Assembly: GCA_002633005.1 (NCBI GenBank)
Contig: NMRA01000128.1
Coordinates: forward strand, 837,822-901,821
Length of the DNA stretch: 64,000 nucleotides
Source of the DNA: Phoronis australis
Taxonomy: Eukaryota > Animalia > Phoronida
Reading direction: 5' to 3'
In this document: positions 37,601 through 50,171 of the stretch, piece after piece
Position numbering within the stretch: position 1 is the stretch's first letter
Layout of the letters: each line of letters starts with the position of its first letter
Notes under the pieces: model-generated
Seen by the model: only the letters and a program-made list of their open reading frames with translations
What the model was told of the DNA's origin: nothing
Databases searched by the model: none
Program-made: the position numbers and the translations under genes

Positions 37601-40600
37601 TTATCCGCACTTTGGTTTTTGTAATATTTCACCTTAACATGTGTTGTAATCTGAGAGTTAGGCAAACGTGATTTTTAATTAAGACTTATGAGGAGTTACA
37701 AGAGGAGAGCGTCACCTGATAAAATAGTTAAAAACAATGTTGTATGGGACTTGGTCACAACCGAAAGAAAAAACAGCCGGAAAATGTGCCCAGACTTGTG
37801 AAGTCAAACATATTTTTACGGAACTATTCACAATGGTGGATACTGTGCCAATATGAATGTCAGAATAAATTTTAAAAAACGAATGTGTCATGGGATGTAA
37901 AAGATCTCTATTGTTTGTTATTACAGGACTCGCCATTCTGGTACAATGCGTATTGAGATTCATCCTAGCTACACCAATCTGGCATGTCCAGCTGCATCTG
38001 TGGTAAGTGACTGGCCACATCGGTACATAATATGATTAGTAGGTGGAGTGTAGCAGATTACTGTATCTCATGGTATCTCTAAATCACTGTGAGTGACCTT
38101 GAGGGAACTGCATATTTGAGACTAGGAGTCTGGCTTCTTCAGTCTTATTTTCTTAGATAGTGGTGTCAATCCAAGATAAGTTTTTCAAAATGAGATTACT
38201 TTTATGTGACACTGCATGTAGACGGTATACCTCAAGACAGCTTAAAGGAGATAGCAATCAAAGTCAGTGCTACTTAACTAGAAAGACAAATCCATGGACG
38301 TGCTTCAAAGACATTTTCACTGTTTTTTCCTGTTATGTGTGGGTGTATGTGTGTGGGTGTGTGCACTTCCGTTGAGCAAGAACGACTGACTCACTGTTGA
38401 ACAAAGTCTGAGTCAACCATTGTGTTTGCTCAGTAGAAGTGCAACAAGATGCATGTCTTTCTAGACCATTTATGACAGTTATTTGATTTCAATTATCTAT
38501 TGTTGCCAAGCACCAGGAGAACTGTAATTAATGCTGAAAATGCCTCTCCGAGATAATCAGGGGTTTGTATTTTAGCGCAGTTAACATAAAGAATTTTTTT
38601 AGTGCAGAAATATTTTCGTTCCCCTTTAAAGCTACCTTTCTTCAATTGGACAACTTACTGCAACTGTAAAGTCAGGGCTTGACACTAAAAGTCGGCTGAC
38701 GAACCGACAATGGGTAACTTTTGGCACCGGGCAAGTGAAAATTCAAACCTACTTGCCCGACATGAACACTGTTACAAGGCACATTGAAACAAAAGAGGAT
38801 TCGCAACGATTCCTTCAGGGCAAATAATTGTTTCATCCAGGCAAAGGAAATTTTAGGTTCACTTTCCCAGAAGTAACCTCTAAGGAAGAAACCAGTTGAG
38901 ACCAATTTTGTAAGTGTAATTGGTCTAAATGAAAGATTGTTTTTCACGTTTAATGCAATTTGAAAGTGATATCAAGCTGTGATGACTTTGCTGTTTCAGT
39001 TCTCCTCTATCAGTATTGGCTGTCCACCGAACAGATATCTGTCTGTGCGCAAGTAAGTCATCCTAGCTCAATGAACTCTCTGTAGTCAGCGCACTCTTTG
39101 GGAGTTGGGATCTTGAAACTTCTTTACTTTTGTATAGGCTGACTTACAAAATATAGAACAAATAGTTTTTAAACTTTGTAATTGTCATCATTGTAGCATT
39201 CCTCTTGGGAGAACAAGTAACAGTGACAGGTTGTACGAAATAGTCACAAGATACTCAATTATGTTCCCTAAATTTTCAGCTTGTTTATGGACTTAATACA
39301 AACACTGACTGTCCTTTCTTCATTGCTACTTCAAGTTTTAACTTTCATACATACTTGTTTGTTTTTTTTTCACATTTGTCCTTGCATCTTTGAAGTTCCT
39401 TGATGGATTTTTATAAAATTTAGCAAATTGTTTTCTATTAGGTTGAAGACAAGACCTTCACATTTTCGTACTGGTTCGATGTATTCTGTGCCATCTCCTT
39501 CATGATATTTTTATCATAACTCCTTACTGTATAATCCAAAGTGGTCATTTTAAAGATCATTTTCATCAAAATAAGCTGCCACTGTCAACAAATTATTGCC
39601 TTTAAACTGTACTTTTGTACTTAACAGGAAACCAAGTGATGTTAACTGTGAACCTTTCTATAACTACACAATACCTGCGTAAGTAGTTTTGTATGCGAGT
39701 TCATATTGCTGTAATTTTTGTCTATCTTGTCCAGCATCCGTGAAATTTTGCAGATATGTTCATATTATGCATGGGACGACATTCACATTTGACTACTACT
39801 GTGCCCTCTAGTTGCAATTTTAATGTGTTTAAGTTTGTCTCTGTGCCTACCAAGTTTTAGGGCAGATGTCTATGAAATGTGGCACATGGGTTTTTATGAA
39901 GAAGATGACAATGACTTCCCGGTTCGTAGAGATTCGACATATTCTGGCACGCTTCTACCTATCGCAAATTTTTTCAGTTTCGAGTCTGCCTTGCTTTCCG
40001 CCAAAGTTCTTATAAATTTTGGTGGACTTTAATTTTTGGTCGAGTCCTGTGGTGCTCCCTGGTGTCATGTACCTTCAGCTTATTGTTGTAAATATGGTGT
40101 TCAACACAGTTCCATCTTCGTACTCTGGAGATGGCGTTGTGTGGAACTAAGTGTCGAAATGTCAACAACATTGGTTCACAAAGCATCATTGAATGCTCAT
40201 GTTTCAAATAAATCATTTGGACCAAAACATACTTATCTTGTGACAGTAGAATCTTTCAAGAATACTGTTTTGGTATCGTTGTTTGATTAATTAGTGAAAA
40301 TCAATTTATTGTCCCCATGCATAAGAAATTTGCATGCTGCTAGCACCCTCTCGTGTTTTGCATGGTAGCTTTTAGAACTGTTAGCTGAGAAATGACAAGT
40401 TTTGGTTGACTGCTTCCTTTTTCTACTTCAGGGGTTGGTACATGGATGAAAATGACGAAGTTGGAGATGTAGACAAGGTAATAATTGAAAAATGATATAG
40501 ATCACTGTACTTTTATAACTGACATTTCATATCAAGTGTTGTTCCGGTTTTTCACCTTTTGAACAAATTCGTGCTTGATTTCATTTCATTGAAAGTTCTT

Positions 40601-43600
40601 TCAGATGTTTATTTGGTGCACACTGCAGTATTCTCCCTAAATTACAAATACCCCCTCAGTATGGCTGCATAAACTTATCTGCCATTTTCAATATGTTCTT
40701 TTTAGAAAGGTTGAACTTAAAAGACTTGCACTCTGACGCCTTTTAATCTTAAATTTCACTCACTTTTAAGATAAGGCAAATTTGGCTTAAGTCCAGTTCA
40801 AGAAAGAGATCTGAAGTTTGTCTTAAGTTTTTGACTTAAGTTTGGTATTAATTTTGACGAACATACCGGATGTGGACGTTTCAAAGTTTGGAAGTCGAGA
40901 TCTTAAATTTAAGTCAAAATTGAACTTAAGTCAGTTTCCTGGAACAGACCCTTGATGTTTTAGATATTTTAGCTAGGTGTAATCTAAAGACAGTACTGTA
41001 AATCAAGTTCATAATTTTTGTAGGAGTAAAATTACAATAGCGTGCACGCATGTACACATGCACACACACACACATATACGCATGTACACACGCACACAAT
41101 GACCCAAGGATGCCAAGTATGGTCTTTTGCTTCAAAACACAGCAATCTTTAAACTCTCAATTCGGTAACCTGAATTTGCTCATTTTTTTGTTTTTTGAAA
41201 ATGTCTTTCAAAAGCCTGTTTTGTTCAAAATGAACAAGCCTTTAAAAGTCTTTATGATACACTGCACTACATTTCCTTCTTTCCTTGACACCACAAGGCA
41301 ATCTTGGAATAACCCGACTGTTTAAGTTTCAGAAACAGCATTCTGGACCATTTGTTGTCATAATTCAATTGACCTAACTGAGAATTCCAAGTTGTTGAGT
41401 GTTTGTGGCCATCTTTGGTTGGTTTTGAGTCGTTTTAAAATTTTTAATTTTTTTCAACAAACATGTTTATGTTCATTCAACAAAATGAACTTTGGCAAAA
41501 ATAGGCTTTTCTAGTGATACTGATTACACCTTTCCACCATTATTTTTAGAGAATGCAAGGACACATGGCTTTAGGGATTTCTGTGTACCTGCATCAAAGT
41601 GCGTTGATTTGTTCCAATATATCACCTTTGCATTCTAACCCTCTTATTCACCAAACTCAGCTCCAGCAAGTTAATAAATCAAGTCTTTGCAGGTTTTCCC
41701 GTATCCGTTTGAACTCCTGGGGTGTCCCATTGTCATCCAGTCTACAGACTTATTCTTGCCCAAGCTGGATCTGTAAGTAATAACACAGGAATAACATGCG
41801 AACTTTAAGTAATAGCACAGGAATAACATGCGAACTGTAAGTAATAACACAGGAATAACATGCGAACTGTAAGTAATAACACAGGAATAACTTGCGAACT
41901 GTAAGTAATAACACAGGAATAACAAGCGAACTGTAAGTAATAACCCAGGAATAACATGCGAACTGTTAGTAATAACACAGGAATAATATGCGAACTGTAA
42001 GTAATAACTCAGGAATAACATGTGAACTGTTAGTAATAACACAGGAATAACATGCGAACTGTAAGTAATAGCACAGGAATAACATGCGAACTGTAAGCAG
42101 GTATAACACGCCTTACGTTACATTTAGATGTCTTCATGAATGGTATGAAGCACTTCCTAATATTTGAAAATTTAAATTTCAGGACAAAACATGTTCATTG
42201 CATAAAAGCTCCTTCTTGTTGCAACCTTCTAATTAAGATTTCACTGTTCAATTGTAAATAATCTAAAATTATAAAAATGCACTTTTGAGCATAATTTATA
42301 CCATATAGCACCGCCTTTAGGCCCATGGGCCTATTTCCGAATTAATGTCTTTTTTTCGCCGCCTTTTTTACGGAAGTGGTTTGCATATTGGCGCATGCGC
42401 CCGAGTTTTGCATATAAGCCCATGTAATGTCCTCCGCAGAAGCCCATACATTTATTTGCATACAGATGCACATGTTTTTTTAGGAAATTGACATGCTTTT
42501 CAGGAATAACATTTTTTTGAAAATACAACTTATGTTTGTAACAAATAGGTTATTATGTCATGTGTACCTTAAAACACACCCTAGAATTGTTTACATTTCT
42601 GAATTTTTTCATGACTGCAACGAATTGGTATCTAACGGGCAAAACCAGCGTTGTCCTATATCCGAAATATTGCCTTTTTTGCAGCCTTTGTTTTACCCAA
42701 GTGATTCGTGTACAGGCACATGCGCCTAATTTTCACATATAAGCGCACTTCTGTATAGACGCCCGTGGGCTTAATGGCACAGCAATAGGGTAGATGTGCC
42801 ACTTTCACAGATAGGGCATCATGCACCTGATGTCGTGCGACTTAAAACATATGTTTGGTTTTTCTAGCTCAAGCTTTCAAAAAGAATCTCCAGAACGCTA
42901 TCTTGACTTTATAAATAATGTGCCCCATGAGTTGTCTGTAATATATTTNAATAACTCAGGAATAACATGTGAACTGTAAGTAATAACACAGGAATAACAT
43001 GCGAACTGTTAGTAATAACACAGAAATAACATGCGAACTGTAAGTAATAACTCAGGAATAACATGTGAACTGTAAGTAATAACACAGGAATAACATGTGA
43101 ACTGTAAGTAGGTATAACACGCTTTACGTTACATTTAGATGTCTTCATGAATGGTATGAAGCACTTCCTAATATTTGAAAATTTAAATTTCAGGACAAAA
43201 CATTATGTTCATTGTCTATAAAAGCTCCTTCTTGTTACAACCTTAAATTAAGATTTCACTGTTCAATTGTAAACAACCTAAAATTATAAAAATGCACTTT
43301 TGAGCATAATTTATACCATATAGCATCGCCTTTAGACTCATGGGTCTATTTCCGAATTAATGTCTTTATTCGCCGCCGTTTTATGCGCCCACATATTTAT
43401 ATGTGGACGCATTATGCCGTCATCTCTGTCCGTCCGTCCGGGCGGCGTCCGTCCGGATTAGTAATAACACAGGAATAATATGCGAACTGTAAGTAATAAC
43501 TCAGGAATAACATGTGAACTGTTAGTAATAACACAGGAATAACATGCGAACTGTAAGTAATAGCACAGGAATAACATGCGAACTGTAAGCAGGTATAACA

Positions 43601-46600
43601 CGCCTTACGTTACATTTAGATGTCTTCATGAATGGTATGAAGCACTTCCTAATATTTGAAAATTTAAATTTCAGGACAAAACATGTTCATTGCATAAAAG
43701 CTCCTTCTTGTTGCAACCTTCTAATTAAGATTTCACTGTTCAATTGTAAATAATCTAAAATTATAAAAATGCACTTTTGAGCATAATTTATACCATATAG
43801 CACCGCCTTTAGGCCCATGGGCCTATTTCCGAATTAATGTCTTTTTTTCGCCGCCTTTTTTACGGAAGTGGTTTGCATATTGGCGCATGCGCCCGAGTTT
43901 TGCATATAAGCCCATGTAATGTCCTCCGCAGAAGCCCATACATTTATTTGCATACAGATGCACATGTTTTTTTAGGAAATTGACATGCTTTTCAGGAATA
44001 ACATTTTTTTGAAAATACAACTTATGTTTGTAACAAATAGGTTATTATGTCATGTGTACCTTAAAACACACCCTAGAATTGTTTACATTTCTGAATTTTT
44101 TCATGACTGCAACGAATTGGTATCTAACGGGCAAAACCAGCGTTGTCCTATATCCGAAATATTGCCTTTTTTGCAGCCTTTGTTTTACCCAAGTGATTCG
44201 TGTACAGGCACATGCGCCTAATTTTCACATATAAGCGCACTTCTGTATAGACGCCCGTGGGCTTAATGGCACAGCAATAGGGTAGATGTGCCACTTTCAC
44301 AGATAGGGCATCATGCACCTGATGTCGTGCGACTTAAAACATATGTTTGGTTTTTCTAGCTCAAGCTTTCAAAAAGAATCTCCAGAACGCTATCTTGACT
44401 TTATAAATAATGTGCCCCATGAGTTGTCTGTAATATATTTAATAAGTCCTTGGTAGTTTGCGTAACACAGAACTAGAATTGATAGTATGAGATGAATCCT
44501 TGGTAGTTTGCATAACACAGAACTAGAATTGATAGTATGAGATAAGACCAATTTAGAGCGACGAATTGTTCAATTTAACTTGGTTTTGACAAAACTTGGA
44601 TGTGAAACTCAGGTTTGATTGACAGCAATCCCACTATTTGTTTCCGGTCAGGATTGACACGTTGACCCCTACACGACAGGTGATGGAGAACTTTGTAGTA
44701 TGGGAGGAACACAAACGAACAGGTTGGGAGTACACGGCCACCATGAAGGATGTAAGACTTACCAGTAGTTGTATTATGCTGCTAAAATACTGTGTTAACT
44801 TATCTAAATGTATCTCATGTTATTTCTCTTTGCCTAAGTCACTGTACCATTAAACATAAGTCAACTGTATATTATAGTAGCAGTCCATAATTCTTAGTTT
44901 ACTGTGTGTAATAATGTGTTGTATGAACATGTTATTGGTATGGGTTTTGGAATTTTGTGGTCTTTTGATTTCTGGTTGTTAATGACTGGCTCAAAGGTTT
45001 TGTCTTATGGCTCTTGTTCCTGTGTCTAGGCTGGCTGTCAATGTGAGGCCCAGTCAAGGGAGAAAATGAGGCAGTCCTCAGGGGAAACTGACCAATACAG
45101 GGTCCTCGGTCCACATGTAAGCCACCTTTGTGCCTCAGTTACAACAAGTTCTCCTATTGTATATTTTATTCATTTATTATTATAATGTTTACAATGAGGG
45201 TAGCCCCATCAGTTCACACTACTTTCCATGGGTGCTCTATGCATCTACTATTTAGATCCGTGTGCTTGCATCCACAATTAGATTAGTTCACTTAATAATT
45301 ATGTAAATAACTAGAGTAAAACCATGATGTAAATCTCTAAAATAACATGTCAGAGAATTCGGGAGATTATGTTGGTCATCAGACTCTCGAGGCATTGGAA
45401 TAAGAAATAATCACTTACTGAAAGACAAATTAGTTGGATGCAGATGTTTCGGCCTGGTCCGCCAGGCCTTTGTTGATGATTGAGGGGTTCCCACCTTTCA
45501 CATAGTGAGTATGGTGGAGTACAGGGGAGGTAAATGTAAACCGTGGTCCCGGTTCAAAAGGAGTGAATAATTAATGATGAGTATTTGCTTTAAAACTGTA
45601 TCATAAAGGTTTAATGCAGTTTCCGAAAATATGCCTCCTTTTCCTAAAATACATCCTGGCATACATTTGGTTTCATCTACTCTCTTGAAAGGCAGTTTTT
45701 CGTCTATCCGCCAATTGGCCCATTTTCATTATCAATTATGTCGCATGTTGGAAGTTATTTTCTTTGATTATTAAATGGTAACACCAAACTTTTATTCAAA
45801 ATTATTTGTGTAATCAATCTCTTTCAGTGGAGTATGAAATAAAATTAATGTTTTAAATCTTTTTAGAACCATGAGGATGCAATTAATGTTTTACCTTGTT
45901 CAAGTACAGTGAGGATGATAATTTTATCATGGTTATAAAAAGTATTGCATACAGCAAACACACTGGGCAACTAAGGCAATGTGTAACAGTAATGATTTAA
46001 AATTTTCTAGAATTATGAGGGCTGCTTTAAAGTGAAAAAGAATATGGGTGATCTCAAACAGCCATATGAAATACTGAATGCCACCGGAGTGTCGTCCCTT
46101 AAGTTTACTAAACAAGTAAATGGCATCTATATCTTCAATGTATTAATCATTGACCCCAACTTCAGGTAATGATATAATTTGTTTGTGTCTGAAGTAATTA
46201 CTGATAATTTATGTCCTACCTAAATATGCTTGAGGACACAAGATTTTGTGAATGTTATGTTGCATTTGAACATACATGTCCCTGTTACAGTAACATGTGT
46301 TTAGTTTGCCTCTCATTCACGCAGTTCGGAAAATAAGTTATCAGACATCGAACAAATCTCTAATTAACATCAATGTCATAAAATGCATTGAATGACGATG
46401 ATGGTCACAACTGTGATGACAATGACAACACTCACATTGTCACTGTCATCGTCAGTGACAATGACCACACAGTCATTGTCCAGGCTGTTCTCTTTTGGCT
46501 TTGGTGATGGTTTCATTGTCAGTGACGTGAATATCTGTGATTTCATTATCGTTGTCATTGTTTCTCCCTTGTCATCAGTGTTGGAGCCTACATCTTCACC

Positions 46601-47518
46601 TTTGTCATCAGTGTTGGAGCCAGCATCCTCACCTTTGTCATCAGTGTTGAAGCCAACATCTTCACCTTTGACATCAGTGTTGGAGCCAACATCTTCACAT
46701 TTGTCGCCGTTGTCATCACCATTGCCAGTGTTTTTGACAGTATTGACGGCTGTATCATAGTCTTTAGAGATCATTCTGTAAATCGTCATTGATGTCATAA
46801 CCATGTGGCATGTTCACCTGTGGTGTTGCTGCCTTCATATTTGTTTTCACCTCTTTCAGTCAATTTCACCATGTGTCGCTGATCAGAGCACTTTCCCCGT
46901 TACTTTGAATTGTTCTCTCTATTGTAGCTTCTGTTCCATGCACACCTCTGTTGCTGTGCGTGTCATCAACGCCTTCGGCCGTCCAAACCTAGTCATCATC
47001 GGTCTGATACTGTTCGCCTTCATAGCTGTAGTGTTGACCATTCTGGCTGTAACTTATATGTATTTCAAGAGGTCCATGATGAAGGTGAGAGGGTAGTGAT
47101 CTTGTGACCAGCTGGATAAAGTGCTAAGTGTGTTGTGAAAGTGATTTAATTTCAATGGTACATGTGCTTCGACTCCACCCTATATGTCAGTTCACAAACG
47201 TGTGTTGGCATGGGTAATAGCTACGTCCTTGAAAAGAAAAACAGATTACATTGAAAGCCAACATCTTGCCAAATAGCCTGGACTCATAGCTATTTATCTT
47301 CCTAGGAATTCCGTGCCAAGGCTCTGCTTCGAGTGGTAATGGCATACCAGCAGAATGAAGTGGCCAATACTTATGATTATGCCAATGAGTCAGATGACGA
47401 GGCGGCTGGACCACGTGATCAGGGATTACACTTCCATCCTGACCTTACCGTGCACGAGGGAGACTTTATTTCACAAGTCAGGGACAGGATGCATCCCATT
47501 AAAGAAGACCTCCAGTAG
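16605..47518 (+). CDS. CATSPERE: CatSper sperm calcium channel auxiliary subunit epsilon-like; single-pass membrane protein, about 30 exons found (~930 aa); signal-peptide exon(s) unresolved
   Basis: Mostly phase-compatible GT-AG exons: 16605-16686, 16889-16960, 17773-17856, 18433-18560, 18862-18954, 19943-20003, 23861-23898, 24284-24344, 25194-25299, 25563-25621, 26179-26307, 27522-27605, 28915-~28990 (donor unresolved), 29315-29401, 30025-30123 (dup 32754-32852), 30896-30975 (dup 33614-33693), 34367-34537, 35247-35360, 36234-36317 or 36356, 36862-36920, 37927-38002, 39000-39052, 39628-39678, 40432-40477, 41693-41772, 44652-44751, 45030-45116, 46011-46165, 46928-47084, 47306-47518. Peptides are collinear with recalled human CATSPERE: LGCP, NFVVWEEHKR (NFIVWEIHGR), AGCQCEAQ (SGCLHEAQ), GDLKQPYEILN (GDLNQPYEIIN), IDPNFSFC (LDPNYSFC), then a TM helix. 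Confidence 0.88.
18275..18437 (+). repeat. 29-bp tandem repeat ending at an exon acceptor
   Basis: Unit TCTTTCTGTTACAGTTCACACTACTGCCC; AG ends at 18374, 18403 and 18432. Confidence 0.85.
20085..22249 (+). mobile_element. HINE-like element, long diverged copy with many internal repeat units
   Basis: 5' TTTACGCGCCCATACATTTATATGTGGG, repeated CCCCTAGTGGCAATTT and TTCATGAAATTTGG cores, 3' GCTCCGCGTTGCTCTTGTT. Confidence 0.65.
24721..24800. repeat. 16-bp tandem repeat, about 5 copies
   Basis: Unit TTTGAACAAAGTCATG. Confidence 0.9.
29621..29687. repeat. 21-bp tandem repeat, 3 copies (duplicate at ~32367-32433)
   Basis: Unit TGCTGGTGAATGCGTGTACTG. Confidence 0.9.
30172..30645 (+). mobile_element. 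HINE-like partial copy (allelic duplicate at ~32901-33373)
   Basis: Degenerate 5' motif and the same core motifs as the 15840 copy. Confidence 0.55.
31235..32206. repeat. 32-bp minisatellite, at least 30 copies, running into the N gap
   Basis: Unit TAATTCC(C/A)TGTCATGAGAGGTGTGTATAAGTG. Confidence 0.98.
35311..35526 (+). repeat. ~109-bp tandem duplication of an exon 3' end plus donor
   Basis: ATGTATGGGCAATGTTGGCCTACCCTCC...GGTAAATT...GTTGAACTAT begins at 35311 and again at 35420. Confidence 0.92.
35904..35988. repeat. 29-bp tandem repeat, 3 copies
   Basis: Unit TCAGTCATACTTGGTAACCATGACCTATC. Confidence 0.9.
40760..40951. mobile_element. Partial copy of the 59582-59932 MITE family
   Basis: TTCAAGAAAGAGATCT...GAACTTAAGTCAGTTTCCTGGAACAGACCC aligns with ~59770-59932. 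Confidence 0.6.
41771..42098 (+). repeat. 32-bp minisatellite starting at an exon donor, ~10 copies (partial arrays also at 42950-43110 and 43458-43590)
   Basis: Unit CTGTAAGTAATAACACAGGAATAACATGCGAA; the first CT|GTAAGT is the donor of exon 41693-41772. Confidence 0.95.
42301..42790. mobile_element. Old Tc1/mariner-type MITE (duplicate at ~43793-44282)
   Basis: Imperfect ~35-bp inverted termini (CCATATAGCACCGCCTTTAGGCCCATGGGC and GCCCGTGGGCTTAATGGCACAGCAATAGGG) flanked by TA; related fragment near 54033. Confidence 0.5.
43378..43457 (+). mobile_element. HINE-like element 5' end, inserted in a T-run of one haplotype
   Basis: Nearly identical to 15840-15915; the homologous positions at ~42364 and ~43856 lack it. 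Confidence 0.7.
45420..45565 (-). mobile_element. Penelope-like retroelement 3' remnant
   Basis: Minus-strand peptide LLNRDHGLHLPPLYSTIL resembles the LNRDxG GIY-YIG C-terminus, followed by a degenerate hammerhead-like stem GGCCTGG-CGGA-CCAGGCC-GAAAC. Confidence 0.55.
46560..46705. repeat. 33-bp tandem repeat, about 4 copies, in a low-complexity intronic tract
   Basis: Unit CCTTTGTCATCAGTGTTGGAGCCAACATCTTCA. Confidence 0.88.
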
Positions 47519-48189
47519 TCCATCAAGGCTTTCCAATAAACTACCAGTAAATTACCTGGCTTTGTGATAAAGGATCAATGGTTGTACCCCATCATTAAGA
47601 CTTGCTGTAGTCCAGTGGTGCTTCCAGTAAACTACTCAGCTCTCATAAAGCAATTTCGTGGCTGCTTTTTTGAGTCGTAGTCACGACAGTGGGATTGATC
47701 AGCCTTTACAGCAAAATATTCAGTATCTTTCCTTATTGTATGTTAATTACATGACACGGAGTTTGTATCTAAAGTAAAAAAATAAGGCATTTGTGTTGGA
47801 TTTTCAGCTGTGTGCAGTAATTTTAATATCATGTGCTAGGACAGCACTGTGTGTTAACAAATTGTACAGTTGAACCATGCATGACAAATCTCCGGAGACA
47901 TGACTGAAACTTTCGTTGTAGCTGAGATTCACTGTTACCAAAAATGCATGGGCTTTTAATTAATAGAAAATTACAAAACTTAACATTTACCTATATTAAA
48001 TAAATAAGTCTTAAACAGGGGTGGAAATGTGTATCGCAAACATTTCTAAGTGTGGTCAGCACGCCACCTGTGGCCACATGAGGTGACCTAAGTCTGAAAG
48101 TTAAATTTTATTTTACGTGTGGTAAAACTCATTTTTAGACTTAAAAGTGTACCTCGTTGTTTTGATGAAAAAATTCCAAAGAACTGTTG

Positions 48190-48720
48190 TCTGGTGTCCG
48201 CAGCTGTATCTCCTAAACCCCTCACAGCATCTTGATGATATTTGACATGTGCACCTATGAAACTACTTGGCGATTGGTGTGCCCCCTAACTATCTTCAAA
48301 GTTACTCAATAGATTTTCATGAAATTTGGCACATAGGCATCAATTGGTGAGATGACACAATTTTCGGAGGGACTCGAGGTATTTTGTGCCACCTAGTGGC
48401 CATTTTTACTGTTTTCGAGTCTGCTTTTGGGCGTCCACCTCTATCAACCAAATCACTCTTAAGCGTGATTGTGAAAATTGGCATACATGTTCTTAGTGTG
48501 AAGAGAATAGTTGACGATGATTTTCCGACAACTTTGATTATTGTGGTGCGTCTCAGTGGCAGTTTTATTCTATTTGCGCCCATAACTCTATTTCCTAAAC
48601 CCACCGCAGGATCTTTATTAAATGTATCAAGTGTATTTATATGAAAATGACAACAGACGAGGACGACTTTCAGACTGATCTGATGAATGCTCTGCGTCCT
48701 AGTGATAATTTCATTTTTTT
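48190..48720 (+). mobile_element. HINE-like internal fragment between CATSPERE-like and LPGAT1
   Basis: TTTCATGAAATTTGGCAC and GCCACCTAGTGGCCATTTTT core motifs shared with the other copies. Confidence 0.55.
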
Positions 48721-50171
48721 CTGTTCAAGTTGACACCAAAATTATAGTGGTAAGTTGTCTAAATTGTAGCTTAAGTAAATACTAAACACAGGTTTATAGC
48801 AGCTTTATGTGCGATGTTTGTTAATTTGTTTACATTGTTGCAATTTAAAATAAAATGTCTGCATTGATGTTAATAATAATAAATTTGTGCCCTGCAAAAA
48901 AACTTGACAAAGAACAAGTCGGCCATTATGTATGCAACATTTAATATAACTATTTGTCACATTCACCCGGAAATTTTTCCTATATCTTATTATATAGCAC
49001 CTGTGTAATAAACCCAACAAAGACTGGTAATGATAAATTAACAAATATTACATAACCATAATTATGTCTTTTCAATGACTGACAACACTGGAAGTACTAG
49101 TATGTCTAACATTAAACAAAAGATTAAAATGTCAACAGACAATAAGAGTATTTAATAACGGCTAAAATGCAACTACATAACTGTTGAAAATCAAATGTCA
49201 GCACTGAATGGATTTATTGTGTACTAGACTTTCTTTTTGATGAGACTTGGGCAGTTAGGGGTGGGACTAGATCAGACTGTAGTCACTATATATATGGAAG
49301 TGAACACCTGTTGTCTACAACTGCAGTTGTACTACTGACCTTTCAAACAATGACCCCACCAAATTGTGGTCAAAGGATGGCAGCATCCACGTAGTTGTAC
49401 CATGACTACCTTAAGTAGAATTCATTGTTTTGGATATCGGGATACTAGACTACGGTACACTATAGTGGCGTGCTAAGTCTGAAGTTGACAATTCGTGATC
49501 TTCAAAATAGGCTTGAACCAGGTTGCTAGCAAAATGATCACAATTATATTCACCACTTTTGTGTTGTGAGTACGCAAGAAGCTCAATATCGAGTTGGAAG
49601 AATTCCAACTGTCGTTTTAAGTCCGCTTTTCTTCAATTTCTGGCTAGGAGTTTAGCAGCGATCACAGCAAACAAGTGGGAATGTTAGAGTGGATGGAGTT
49701 TTCTTGTTAATGAATATCCGTTGTTTAAACAACTTTGTGCATGTTCCAGTTCATGAACACTTAGCACATCCTTTCAATACTGAATTCCAACATTGAGTAT
49801 ACATAACTTCATAAGAAGACAAAAAAAAACAGTCCAGTTAAAAAATAAGAACAATGTAAACCCTAAAACAACACGTTATCACTATTCCAGTATACCTTCA
49901 ACAACAAAGCATATCTGTGACCTCAACTTAGAGGACCACACTAAGTATGTTCGCAAATATATTTTTGACAAGATATGGTCCCATTATTGCACTTGGGTAT
50001 TGAAGCTGCTACAAACCAAATTGCGCACATGACAAGTCATACTAATCTGAGACTGCCTTGGCTTGTCTCCTGCACACATGACCAGTCATTTCAAGGTTTG
50101 AAAAGAACTAACTATTAGTTTTTCGACAGAAGGTGAGCAGCTTCAAATAATTTCAAACACAAAAAAGTTGG

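Larger units (their letters stand above)
41966..44440. other. Probable assembly triplication of an intronic segment (allele A, allele B, allele A again)
   Basis: 41966-42948 appears identical to 43458-44440; 42950-43378 is a diverged copy beginning at join n42949. Confidence 0.8.

Noticed and set aside
46376-46804. 142-aa and 122-aa ORFs on opposite strands
   Set aside because: Produced by 33-bp and GAT/CAT low-complexity repeats in an intron whose flanking exons splice in frame.
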